From positions 32,001 to 96,000 of the IMG/VR virus record IMGVR_UViG_3300030328_002122: a stretch of DNA of 64,000 nt; one strand, given 5' to 3'. The translations under genes and the position numbers were made by a program. This DNA comes from a virus. Positions 46,677 to 56,173 of the stretch are shown piece by piece (position 1 is the stretch's first letter; each line of letters opens with the position of its first letter). The notes under the pieces were generated by a model. That model made no database searches, was not told the DNA's origin, and was given only the letters and a program-made list of their open reading frames with translations.

Positions 46677-46995
46677 TATATCTAGATGTTATAAGTTTGT
46701 AGCCAGTGAAGAAGAAGATAATAAGTGGCAAGGTATACAACTCCTAGAATCAACTGGTGAATACAAAGATATCATATACAAATATGGTAAAGTAGAATTT
46801 GCAAAAGAAGAAAATGAAAAGGGTGAAATGCCCTTGACATTTCATTATGATCTGATATATTCAAAAGACATATCTGGAAAAGAATTACAAGAAGATTTAA
46901 ATTTTAAAAATTTACTTGGTGATATACTTATGGATATTATGGAAAAACAACTAGAGGATAACAGCTTACAATATGTCAATTCAACAAAACATTGA
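46654..46995 (+). CDS. Hypothetical protein at the gp40 position
   Basis: Overlaps uvsX and gp41; IIYKYGKV...L.F.YD...F...GDIL pattern. Confidence 0.6.
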   Translation: MVVLSKLDISRCYKFVASEEEDNKWQGIQLLESTGEYKDIIYKYGKVEFAKEENEKGEMPLTFHYDLIYSKDISGKELQEDLNFKNLLGDILMDIMEKQLEDNSLQYVNSTKH

Positions 46996-48376
46996 ACGCA
47001 CAACATTATCAAACTTAATATCTAATGAACCTTATGCACGTAAGGTTTTACCATTTCTAAAACCAGAGTATTACTCTGATATTCATGATCGTGTTATATT
47101 TGAGGAGATAAATAAGTTTATAGAAAAATATGGTAATCTCCCTACCAAACAAACACTATCAATTGAATTAGATAATAGGAAAGATTTAAACCAAGAACAA
47201 TTTGGTAAAGTATTAGAGATTATAGAAACTCTAAACAAACATGATGTTGATATGCAATGGTTGGTAGAAACGACAGAAAAGTTTTGTAAAGACAAGGCAG
47301 TATATAATGCAATCATTAGTGGTATACAAATCATTGATGGAAAAGATAAACAACATACGCCTGAAGCAATTCCAAGTATTTTATCTGAAGCACTTGCAGT
47401 TGCATTTGACCAGAATGTAGGACATGATTATGTCGAGAATGGTAAAGAACGATTTGAGTTTTACCATAAAAAAGAAGAAAGAATGGAGTTTGACCTTGAG
47501 TATTTTAATAGAATAACAAAGGGTGGACTACCACAAAAAACACTAAACATTGCACTTGCTGGAACTGGTGTAGGTAAATCGTTGTTCATGTGTCACATGG
47601 CTGCATCTACACTTATGCAAGGTAAAAATGTTTTGTATATAACAATGGAGATGGCAGAAGAACGTATTGCAGAAAGAATTGATGCGAATCTAATGAATAT
47701 AACTATGGACGAATTGCATGAATTACCTAAGAAAATGTTTACTGATCGTCTTTCAAAAATACAAAAAAAGACCAATGGAAAGTTAATTATTAAAGAATAT
47801 CCAACTGCGTCTGCCCATACTGGGCATTTTCGTAGTTTGATAAAAGAACTTGCACTCAAGAAGTCATTTAAACCAGATATTATTTTTATTGATTATTTGA
47901 ATATATGTGCATCATCAAGATTTAAGGGGAACGCAAATGTTGGTTCTTACTTCTATATCAAAGCGATTGCAGAAGAACTTAGGGGTCTTGCAGTTGAAAA
48001 TATTGTTCCTATTATGTCGGCGACACAAACTACTAGAAGTGGATTTTCATCAAGCGACGTTGGGCTGGAAGATACATCAGAAAGTTTTGGTTTGCCTGCT
48101 ACAGCTGACCTTATGTTTGCACTTATTTCTACAGAGGAACTAGAAGATTTAAATCAAATAATGGTGAAACAATTAAAGAATAGATATAATGATCCTAGTA
48201 TGAATAAAAGATTTATTATAGGTATTGACAGAGCCAGAATGAAATTATATGATTGTGAACAAGAAGCACAAAAGGATATAGTAGATAGTGGACAAGAGAA
48301 CTCTAATAACAAAACTTTCGGATTGGGTCTTGGAAAGAGTAAGACCTATGATAAATTCACAGACATCAAGGTATAA
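46973..48376 (+). CDS. gp41: Replicative helicase gp41
   Basis: LAGTGVGKS, TMEMAEE, IDYLNI, IAEELRGLA, SESFGLP.TAD, KQLKNRY. Confidence 0.96.
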   Translation: MSIQQNIERTTLSNLISNEPYARKVLPFLKPEYYSDIHDRVIFEEINKFIEKYGNLPTKQTLSIELDNRKDLNQEQFGKVLEIIETLNKHDVDMQWLVETTEKFCKDKAVYNAIISGIQIIDGKDKQHTPEAIPSILSEALAVAFDQNVGHDYVENGKERFEFYHKKEERMEFDLEYFNRITKGGLPQKTLNIALAGTGVGKSLFMCHMAASTLMQGKNVLYITMEMAEERIAERIDANLMNITMDELHELPKKMFTDRLSKIQKKTNGKLIIKEYPTASAHTGHFRSLIKELALKKSFKPDIIFIDYLNICASSRFKGNANVGSYFYIKAIAEELRGLAVENIVPIMSATQTTRSGFSSSDVGLEDTSESFGLPATADLMFALISTEELEDLNQIMVKQLKNRYNDPSMNKRFIIGIDRARMKLYDCEQEAQKDIVDSGQENSNNKTFGLGLGKSKTYDKFTDIKV

Positions 48377-48569
48377 AAAAGTGGACTATTTTATACAAGA
48401 GAATGGTACTGGTTGGAATGTAGTTGAATACCCAACTAATGATGTTGTCAGAACATTTCGTACTAAAACAGAAGCAGACAAAGTTGCAAAAGAAATATCT
48501 AGAATTAGACCTTTCGGAAATAGTACTATTCCAGATTTTTTAAAAGGTAATATTGACACAGTAGAATAA
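48348..48569 (+). CDS. Small hypothetical protein
   Basis: ATG 48348 overlaps the gp41 end; fills the gap before the next promoter. Confidence 0.5.
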   Translation: MINSQTSRYKKVDYFIQENGTGWNVVEYPTNDVVRTFRTKTEADKVAKEISRIRPFGNSTIPDFLKGNIDTVE

Positions 48570-48585
48570 TCATGTTATATAAATA
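48553..48585 (+). promoter_or_regulatory. Composite sigma70 plus late promoter
   Basis: TTGACA-N17-TATATA overlapping TATAAATA (48578-48585). Confidence 0.65.
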
Positions 48586-48620
48586 GTATAAACTTTTTGT
48601 ATAAATGGAAACTGTGTAAC

Positions 48621-50000
48621 ATGGCTAGAAATTTCTTTCGACAGATTAATCCTATCTGCGAGTCTAATAAAACACCTTTAGATATAGTTCAACAACTTGT
48701 TTCAGAAGCTACAATGAGTATAGCTCAACTGAAAAAAAGAGATAACCTCAATGTCCTTAAAGATTTAATAGACAATAAAAAACCAATAGATACTACAATT
48801 GGTTCTAGAATTATGTCTTGGATAAACCCCCAAAATAAAGTAGCATATGACAATCTTACACCAAAATCAAGTGATAAAGATTTTCAAAGAGTATTTCCAA
48901 GAGGTGCAGAAGTTTTTGTTACTGATAAAAATGAAAAGTTAAAATTATCAGGAATAGAAAAGACAGATATTTTTGGTGGTGGTAAAGGTTCTGGTGGTGG
49001 TTCTTCTGGAACTAAAGATGCTGAATCTGGTCAATGTGTATATTTACAGGTAATATGGGATAATCCAAAAACTGAATTTACTCCAGAAGAAATTTCTTCT
49101 GCATATGATAAAGTTTATGTTGATGCAACAAAAGATGGTGTTTTAAAATTATCAGATGATTGGGTAACATCTTCAATAACAAGTGCAAAATTATTATATA
49201 GAGTTTTAGGTAAAAGAAAGTATTCTTTTCATAGGGGTTCTGCATGGGTAAGTAAACTAGGAGAGTATTTTAAAGATTCTGGTCAAGATTATTTTACTGA
49301 TATTAATAAATGGACACCAGCTGATATTTGGTTGATAGACGATTCACAGTTAGGAAAATATGATTTTGGGGGTGGAGTTGGATTACCATATTTAAATAAT
49401 ATACTTTTACAAGCATATGCAGCTCGTGATATAATTGGTGTATCTTTAAAGAAAACCACTAAAGCAAAACTTAGTCAAATGAATTATAGAAAACCATTTA
49501 AAGAACCTAATTTTACAAGAGTGAATTTTGGTAAAAGAGATTATTTTAAATCTAAAGATGGTTATATTCAATTTAAAGAAGGTGAAATACAATTTAGAAC
49601 CTTTCCTGCTTTTCAAGGAGAGATAATTGGTAAAACAGCAAAACATGGAAAAATAAGTGGTGATAGTGGCCCTTTGGGCCCAATAGGTAAAGTTATGAGA
49701 TCAATTGGAGCTCAACCCATTCCTGCTCGAAAAGATATAACTGCAATGATAAAACAACAAGAAGATGAGTTTTTTCAAAAGTTTCATAATGAATATTCAC
49801 AAGCGGTACAAAAACCATTATCATTAAAAGATTTTAGAACTAATTTGAGTCGTAAAGATAGTGGTTGGTTAGAATCGAAATATCTAGTAACATTTATGTT
49901 TAATCGTATAAGAGGAAAAGAACAACTATTTTTATCTAAAGCATTTAGATATGCAAAATCACAATCTAAAGAATCAGCTGTTCATTTGAAGGTGTATTAA
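48621..50000 (+). CDS. Hypothetical protein with PD-(D/E)xK-like nuclease motif
   Basis: Gly-rich GGGKGSGGG..T..AES, KWTPADIW...IIGVSLKK; ATG 48621 preferred over TTG 48597. Confidence 0.55.
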   Translation: MARNFFRQINPICESNKTPLDIVQQLVSEATMSIAQLKKRDNLNVLKDLIDNKKPIDTTIGSRIMSWINPQNKVAYDNLTPKSSDKDFQRVFPRGAEVFVTDKNEKLKLSGIEKTDIFGGGKGSGGGSSGTKDAESGQCVYLQVIWDNPKTEFTPEEISSAYDKVYVDATKDGVLKLSDDWVTSSITSAKLLYRVLGKRKYSFHRGSAWVSKLGEYFKDSGQDYFTDINKWTPADIWLIDDSQLGKYDFGGGVGLPYLNNILLQAYAARDIIGVSLKKTTKAKLSQMNYRKPFKEPNFTRVNFGKRDYFKSKDGYIQFKEGEIQFRTFPAFQGEIIGKTAKHGKISGDSGPLGPIGKVMRSIGAQPIPARKDITAMIKQQEDEFFQKFHNEYSQAVQKPLSLKDFRTNLSRKDSGWLESKYLVTFMFNRIRGKEQLFLSKAFRYAKSQSKESAVHLKVY

Positions 50001-51247
50001 TGATTAAGTTTAGTAATTTTTTAACTGAAGATAAGGCTGGTAAGAATTTACATCTAGAACATATCGAAGATGAAATTCTAAACTTTGGTGTGCCTGGTGG
50101 TAGAGCTGCAATCAACTTTGTTCAATCACTTAGAGATATGTTATCTGGTTCTTCAAGATCATCAGTCAATATGACAGTCAAATGGGATGGTGCTCCTGCA
50201 ATCTTTGCTGGTACAGATCCTAGTGATGGTAAATTCTTTGTTGCAAAGAAATCAGTATTCAATGTTAATCCAAAATTATATAAGACTAATGCAGAAATAG
50301 ATGCAGATTTATCTGGAGATTTAAATGCAAAATTCAAAGTCGCACTTGCAGAGTTCTCAAAACTTGGAATCAAAGGAGTCCTTCAAGGAGATCTTATGTA
50401 CACCTCAAATGATTTATCGAAAGAAAATGTTGAGGGGATATCATATTACACTTTCCAGCCTAACACTATTGTTTACGCTGTTCCTATTGACAGCACTTTA
50501 GGTAAGGTTATAAAGAGTTCTAAGATAGGAGTTGTATGGCATACAACATATACAGGAGATAATCTACAGGATATGAAAGCTTCTTTTGGTGCAAACATAA
50601 GTGGTCTTAAAACTGTATCAAGTGTTTGGATGGATGATGCAACTTATAAAGATGTATCTGGTAAAGCAACAATGACAGAAAAAGAAACTACATCAGTTAC
50701 TAAGTCATTATCAAATGCTGGTTCTATGTTCCAAAAAATAAACTCATCTATGTTAAGTAAGTTTTTAAATATACAAAATACATTTACTGGTAACCTATCT
50801 GGTGCATCTTTGAAAACATATAACAATAGTAAAGTACGACAGGGTAAACCTGTATCAAATCCAAAATCCCATGCACAAGGATATATAAGTTGGGTAGAAG
50901 ATACGTTTCAAAAACAAATTGATAAACTAAAAACACAATCAAGAAAAGATGCACTAGAGAATAAAAAGAAAGAAATATCTCGTGAGTTGCAAAAACATAC
51001 TTCTAATCTTACAAATGTGATCGCATTTCAAAATTATATAGTAGAAGCAAAGATGGGAATCGTAAGGAAACTAAATAGTGTTAAGGGGTTGACTAATACT
51101 TTTATCAAAACTGCAAATGGATTTAAAGTAACTAATCCAGAGGGGTATGTTGCAATAGATAGAATTTCTGGTAATGCAGTTAAACTTGTTGATAGAATGG
51201 AGTTTAGTTTTAACAACTTTACTGCAATAAAGGCGTGGGACAAATGA
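50000..51247 (+). CDS. Ligase-like covalent nucleotidyltransferase (DUF6267-like)
   Basis: TVKWDG (motif I KxDG), LQGDL (III), PEGYV (IV), VKLV (V); HLEH.ED N-terminus. Confidence 0.65.
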   Translation: MIKFSNFLTEDKAGKNLHLEHIEDEILNFGVPGGRAAINFVQSLRDMLSGSSRSSVNMTVKWDGAPAIFAGTDPSDGKFFVAKKSVFNVNPKLYKTNAEIDADLSGDLNAKFKVALAEFSKLGIKGVLQGDLMYTSNDLSKENVEGISYYTFQPNTIVYAVPIDSTLGKVIKSSKIGVVWHTTYTGDNLQDMKASFGANISGLKTVSSVWMDDATYKDVSGKATMTEKETTSVTKSLSNAGSMFQKINSSMLSKFLNIQNTFTGNLSGASLKTYNNSKVRQGKPVSNPKSHAQGYISWVEDTFQKQIDKLKTQSRKDALENKKKEISRELQKHTSNLTNVIAFQNYIVEAKMGIVRKLNSVKGLTNTFIKTANGFKVTNPEGYVAIDRISGNAVKLVDRMEFSFNNFTAIKAWDK

Positions 51248-51636
51248 AAACATATGAAGAGTTAATGTACGAATTAGAAGAAAAGAAAGCGATGAGCGTT
51301 CTTCAAAGACGTAAGATGGGTATTCGTATGAGAAAGATGATGAAGAACCCAGCCGTTCAAGCGAAGATTGCAAGATCAAAAAAGAAACTTGCTCCAGATT
51401 CAAAAATTTTACAACGTGCAAATAAAGCTGCAAAACAAATTATTATTAAAAAGTTTGCTGGACTACAACCAAATGAATATGCAAATTTATCTATGATGCA
51501 AAGACAAACGATAGATAATAAAATTGTTTCAAAAAAGGCTGGTGCGATTAAAAAGATTGCAAAGAAACTAGTTGTTAAGTTGAAGAAAGCAGAACTAGAA
51601 AGATTGAAAAAAGCAAGAGAGGTTGGAAACCAATGA
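51244..51636 (+). CDS. Highly basic protein, probable head-internal/core protein
   Basis: ATGA overlap; MKTYEELMYE start; very K/R-rich. Confidence 0.65.
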   Translation: MKTYEELMYELEEKKAMSVLQRRKMGIRMRKMMKNPAVQAKIARSKKKLAPDSKILQRANKAAKQIIIKKFAGLQPNEYANLSMMQRQTIDNKIVSKKAGAIKKIAKKLVVKLKKAELERLKKAREVGNQ

Positions 51637-53261
51637 AAAAGTTTTTAGACATTGCAGAAGCTAGAGGGGATACTGCTGTCTTTACTTTTGGTAGATTTAA
51701 TCCACCAACTATAGGACACGAAAAGTTAGTAGATAAAGTTGCATCTGTCGCTAAGAGTAATCCAGGCGCACCTTATTATATCTTTGCATCACATTCAGAA
51801 AACCCAAAGAAAGATCCATTACCATATGTAAAAAAAGTTGCATATATGAAAAAGATGTTCTCAAAACATTCTAGGAATATAACAACAAGTAGAGATAGAA
51901 CTGTATTTGAACTTGCAGTAACACTTTACAATAAAGGACATAAAGCAATTGTGATGGTTGTTGGTTCTGATAGAGTTACAGAGTTCGACACACTATTAAA
52001 CAAATATAATGGTGTTGAAGGTAGACATGGTTACTATGGTTTTGATAATATAGAGGTTGTATCTGCTGGAGAAAGAGATCCAGATGCAGAAGGTGTATCT
52101 GGAATGTCTGCATCAAAGATGAGAGCAGCTGCATCAGCAGATGACTACGATACTTTTAAATTAGGGTTACCTAAGAACTTTAATAATGGAATGTCTTTAT
52201 TTAAAGATGTTCGTAAATTTATGGGTATTCGTGAGTCTTTTGTTGAACACCAAGTTAATATGACAGAGGAAGATGTTATTCGTGATATGTATGTTGAAAA
52301 TAAAATATTCTGTACTGGAGATATTGTAGAAGATGATTATAGTGGCGTATCTGGTACAGTAGTTCGTAGAGGAACAAATTATCTTGTATTTGCAGAAAGT
52401 GATGGTACAACTCATAAGAGATGGTTATATGAAGTAAGAAGAGTAAAACAAGAAGCAAGAGCAAAACAAGCAGTTTCTGGTGGAAAAGTTCAGAAACTTG
52501 TTACTGCACATGGTTTAAAATATAATGGTAAGGTGTATAAAGAAATAGATATGGAACTAAAAGGTATTGACAACAATACTCAAATGGTTACATTTAATAT
52601 TATACATCCCAAAGAAATATTTGGTAATGAAGTTAAAATTGCATTTAAAGTTTTGAGAAGAGGCCCCTTCATGGCAACTGATACTTCAAAGATAAATAAA
52701 GAAGATTTGGATGAAAAAGGAATAAAAAGAGCTTATGATAATATTGTAAAAGATTATTCTGATATGGTAAAAAAAGGAAAGGGTAAACATAGTAACTCTT
52801 TCTATCTGTCAAGAGCTGCAATGAATTATGGAGTTGATACTATCAAACCTATTAGAGATTATATTAACTCTCTTGTTAAATCAGATGAATTACCAAAAGA
52901 TTTATCGGCAGAATACGAAAAATTTGATGAAGAATTAGACGAAAAGATTGAAAGTCTTGTAAATAAATCTAATCAAAATGGTGTTCCATATTCTATACTT
53001 AAAGAAAGTTATGATAGAGGAATGTCTGCATGGAAAAATGGTCACAGGCCAGGTGTAAGTCAACAACAATGGGCGTTTGCAAGAGTCAACTCTATGTTAA
53101 CTGGTGGAAAAGCAGATCCAGATTTACAAAAACAAATTCGTGTTAGTGGATATAAAAAGAAAAAGAAATTAAAGTTAGAAGATTTTAAAGAAAATGTTTC
53201 ATATATAAAAAAGAAAGAAGAAAAAATAATATCTTTTAAAGAACACGTTAGGGGTATTTAA
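51633..53261 (+). CDS. HxGH-family nucleotidyltransferase (cytidylyl/NMN-adenylyltransferase-like) with C-terminal accessory modules
   Basis: FTFGRFNPPTIGHEKL, VVGSDR, SAGERDPD, MSASKMR; C-terminal YDRG..AW..GHRPG.SQQQWAFARVNS (DUF5824-like). Confidence 0.8.
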   Translation: MKKFLDIAEARGDTAVFTFGRFNPPTIGHEKLVDKVASVAKSNPGAPYYIFASHSENPKKDPLPYVKKVAYMKKMFSKHSRNITTSRDRTVFELAVTLYNKGHKAIVMVVGSDRVTEFDTLLNKYNGVEGRHGYYGFDNIEVVSAGERDPDAEGVSGMSASKMRAAASADDYDTFKLGLPKNFNNGMSLFKDVRKFMGIRESFVEHQVNMTEEDVIRDMYVENKIFCTGDIVEDDYSGVSGTVVRRGTNYLVFAESDGTTHKRWLYEVRRVKQEARAKQAVSGGKVQKLVTAHGLKYNGKVYKEIDMELKGIDNNTQMVTFNIIHPKEIFGNEVKIAFKVLRRGPFMATDTSKINKEDLDEKGIKRAYDNIVKDYSDMVKKGKGKHSNSFYLSRAAMNYGVDTIKPIRDYINSLVKSDELPKDLSAEYEKFDEELDEKIESLVNKSNQNGVPYSILKESYDRGMSAWKNGHRPGVSQQQWAFARVNSMLTGGKADPDLQKQIRVSGYKKKKKLKLEDFKENVSYIKKKEEKIISFKEHVRGI

Positions 53262-56141
53262 ATGGGAAAAGCAAGGAATAGAGCTGAACGTACTGGAAGT
53301 ATGGATGTTGTCATTGGTACTACTAAGTTAGTAACTAATTCTGGTGATATAGAAGTAAAAGATACCAGTAATAATAGAAAGAAAATTATTGCGTCAGAAA
53401 TCAAACTTGGTACTGGTAATGATATTGTTATTATTAAAAGAAATTCAAGTACAGGACAAGCTCAATTTCAATCATCATCTGATGGTGGAAGTAGTACAAG
53501 TGAACAAACTGTGGGCGGTGCTAGTACTGTAACTAATGCATCTGATTTGCCTATTACTGGAAATCAAGCTGGTGATTTGAAACTTGTTACTTCAACCAAT
53601 AATTTGATGATTCACAATGGTACTGGTTGGTATAAAATAGCAACAATTACAAACGCATCACCTACGATATCTTCTGCTGGAAGTGCTGCATATAATTTTG
53701 CAACAAATGGAACAGCAGTTTCTATAGAAATTGTTGCAACAGATCCAGAGGGTGCTGCTTTACAATATAAGTATCAAGTCACAACTGGATCATTAGGTTC
53801 AACTGCAGCTGTAACAAATAGTGCAACATCTGGTGGTACTTACTCTGCGCTTGCAGCTAATACTTATAGTAATAATAGATTCTTTAAAGTTACGCCTAGT
53901 ACAAATACTGCTCATGCTGGTACATTTGCAATCACATTTTCTGTAACTGATGGTATCAATACTGCGAACTCTAGTGCATCTTCATTTACTTTGGCATTTG
54001 AAACTTTTGGATCTACTGCTTTGGATTTAAACGCAGGCCCTACTTCGGCTGGTGATGCTCATTTAGAAGTTGCAGCCCATTCTGATTTTACTTTAGGTAC
54101 TAATAATTTTACAATTGAGGGTTGGTTTTTTTCTCAAGGGCCTGCTCCATCACAGGATTATCCATCTGCTAGGGTGGGATATAGAAACTCTGTTGGATAT
54201 TCTCCTCACCTTTTTGATTTTAGAAACGTAAGTGGGAATAATAAAAGAGCGCCTATGGTATGGATAGGTGGAACTGGTGGAAACAACGCTCAAGCGGGTA
54301 ATTTAACATTTCGATATCATGTTACTGGCTCTGATCGTATTACAAGCTCCCGCCAGTTTCCAGAAATAGAAAATCAATGGTTTCATTTTGCTATCGTCAG
54401 AAATTCTTCAACAACAACTATGTATATTAATGGTACATCTGAAGGTACATGGTCGGACAGTACAAATTATGATGAAATAGATAAGTTGTGGATAGGTAGA
54501 AAACATACTAATGGAAGTCATAACTTTACTGGATGGGTTTCAAATTTTAGAATAGTTAATGGTACTGCTGTATATACTGCTAACTTTACGCCTCCAACTG
54601 CACCTCTTACTGCCATTGCAAATACAAAGTTATTAATTTGTACAAAAAATAATGCAGTAGACGATATAGGCCCTACTGGTCATACAGTAACAAAATCTGG
54701 TACTGCTACTCATTCTACTTTTAATCCATACCCTTGGGCTACTACTGGTTGGGGTTCAGTATTTTTCGATAAAAACAATGATAGGATTAAATATATAAAA
54801 GGTGGTGGAAATGCAGTAACAGGTATGACCGCTCTTACAGACCTTACAGTAGAAGCTTGGGTCTATCATTTTGCTGGACATAGTGATGATAGTACAGATC
54901 CAACTACTGAAGAAATATATGTGCATTTTACTGATAACCTTTCTAGTGGTGTACAAATGTCATTTGGTAGAAAAAGAACTGAAAGTACTACTTGTCCAAT
55001 ATTTACTAGTACGTCTGGTCATCCTTATCAAAATCAAGTTTATACAGCTAACGCAGCCCATGATGTAAATCGTGGTGGGTGGTATCATGTTGCTTTTGTA
55101 AAAGATGGTACTAACCTAAGAATGTATAAAAATGGCACTAATGTAGCTGGGAATAATCAAACTTCTGCTACTAATCTTCCTTCATCATTTAGAGTAGGTG
55201 AAATTTATATTGGTGCAGATTCTGGTAATGGTTATGATATGTTAGGATATATGTCTAATCTTAGAATTTCTAATAGTGCAAGATATAGTGCCGATTTTAC
55301 TCCATCAACAACACCACTTACTAGTGATTCAAATACAGTATTGTTGACTTGTCAAAGGGCTGCACCACAAAAGCTTACAAATGGAGCAACAACTTTTAGT
55401 GGAACTAATACTAAATTAACTACAGCGGCTAGTAGTGACTTCACACTTGGAACTGGAGATTTTACAGCAGAAGGTTGGTTTAATTGGCCTTCTCTCCCAG
55501 GCAGTGGAAAGTATATTGTCGATATTGGTAGTAATGGTTGTGTTTTGCAATTTCAAAGTAATACTCAAATAGGTTTTTGGAATGGTACTGATGGTTATGT
55601 ACAAGGATCATATACTTTTGTAGTCGATACTTGGTATCATATTGCTTGGACAAGAGCATCTGGAACAGGAAAATGTTATGTTAATGGCACTCAAGTAGTT
55701 TCTGGTACTTTAAATAAAGATGTAACTACTAATACATTAACAATGAATGGTTATGGTGGTGGTGGATCTTATGGTCAAGGTGGGGTAAAATGGAGTGATT
55801 TCAGACTTGTAAAAGGTAAAGCAGTTTATACTGGTGCGTTTTCACCGCCTACTGGCCCATTAACAAAAACTGGTGGAACTTATCCTAATAGTACAAACCG
55901 AAGTGATCCTTCAGCTTCACAAACTGTACTTTTAACTCATCAAGCATCATCTGGATCAACTGCAACAGATAATAGCGATAGTGGTCATACAATCTCAAAT
56001 GGTGCTGCTTTTGGTGGTAGTATATCATTAGGTGCTGGAAATCAAAATATTGCAACAGATCAAGGTGCAAATAGTTTAGGTCTAGTAGTAGAAGGTGATG
56101 TACGTAATGCTAGATATTGGCCATTTACTTATAATGGATAA
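53262..56141 (+). CDS. LamG multi-module fibre protein, paralog 2
   Basis: Shared N-terminal anchor; three LamG modules. Confidence 0.75.
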   Translation: MGKARNRAERTGSMDVVIGTTKLVTNSGDIEVKDTSNNRKKIIASEIKLGTGNDIVIIKRNSSTGQAQFQSSSDGGSSTSEQTVGGASTVTNASDLPITGNQAGDLKLVTSTNNLMIHNGTGWYKIATITNASPTISSAGSAAYNFATNGTAVSIEIVATDPEGAALQYKYQVTTGSLGSTAAVTNSATSGGTYSALAANTYSNNRFFKVTPSTNTAHAGTFAITFSVTDGINTANSSASSFTLAFETFGSTALDLNAGPTSAGDAHLEVAAHSDFTLGTNNFTIEGWFFSQGPAPSQDYPSARVGYRNSVGYSPHLFDFRNVSGNNKRAPMVWIGGTGGNNAQAGNLTFRYHVTGSDRITSSRQFPEIENQWFHFAIVRNSSTTTMYINGTSEGTWSDSTNYDEIDKLWIGRKHTNGSHNFTGWVSNFRIVNGTAVYTANFTPPTAPLTAIANTKLLICTKNNAVDDIGPTGHTVTKSGTATHSTFNPYPWATTGWGSVFFDKNNDRIKYIKGGGNAVTGMTALTDLTVEAWVYHFAGHSDDSTDPTTEEIYVHFTDNLSSGVQMSFGRKRTESTTCPIFTSTSGHPYQNQVYTANAAHDVNRGGWYHVAFVKDGTNLRMYKNGTNVAGNNQTSATNLPSSFRVGEIYIGADSGNGYDMLGYMSNLRISNSARYSADFTPSTTPLTSDSNTVLLTCQRAAPQKLTNGATTFSGTNTKLTTAASSDFTLGTGDFTAEGWFNWPSLPGSGKYIVDIGSNGCVLQFQSNTQIGFWNGTDGYVQGSYTFVVDTWYHIAWTRASGTGKCYVNGTQVVSGTLNKDVTTNTLTMNGYGGGGSYGQGGVKWSDFRLVKGKAVYTGAFSPPTGPLTKTGGTYPNSTNRSDPSASQTVLLTHQASSGSTATDNSDSGHTISNGAAFGGSISLGAGNQNIATDQGANSLGLVVEGDVRNARYWPFTYNG

Positions 56142-56173
56142 TTCATTCTAAAAATTCTAAAGGAACACGATAA

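Noticed and set aside
12490-48376. Introns or inteins in gp17, gp20, gp23, gp43, uvsX, gp41
   Set aside because: All are uninterrupted and of normal length, with no intein motifs seen.
25036-51243. ORF-track starts at 25036, 27035, 30255, 45204, 48288, 48597 and 51235 (also 23906)
   Set aside because: Downstream ATGs with an RBS or stop-start overlap fit better and were used.
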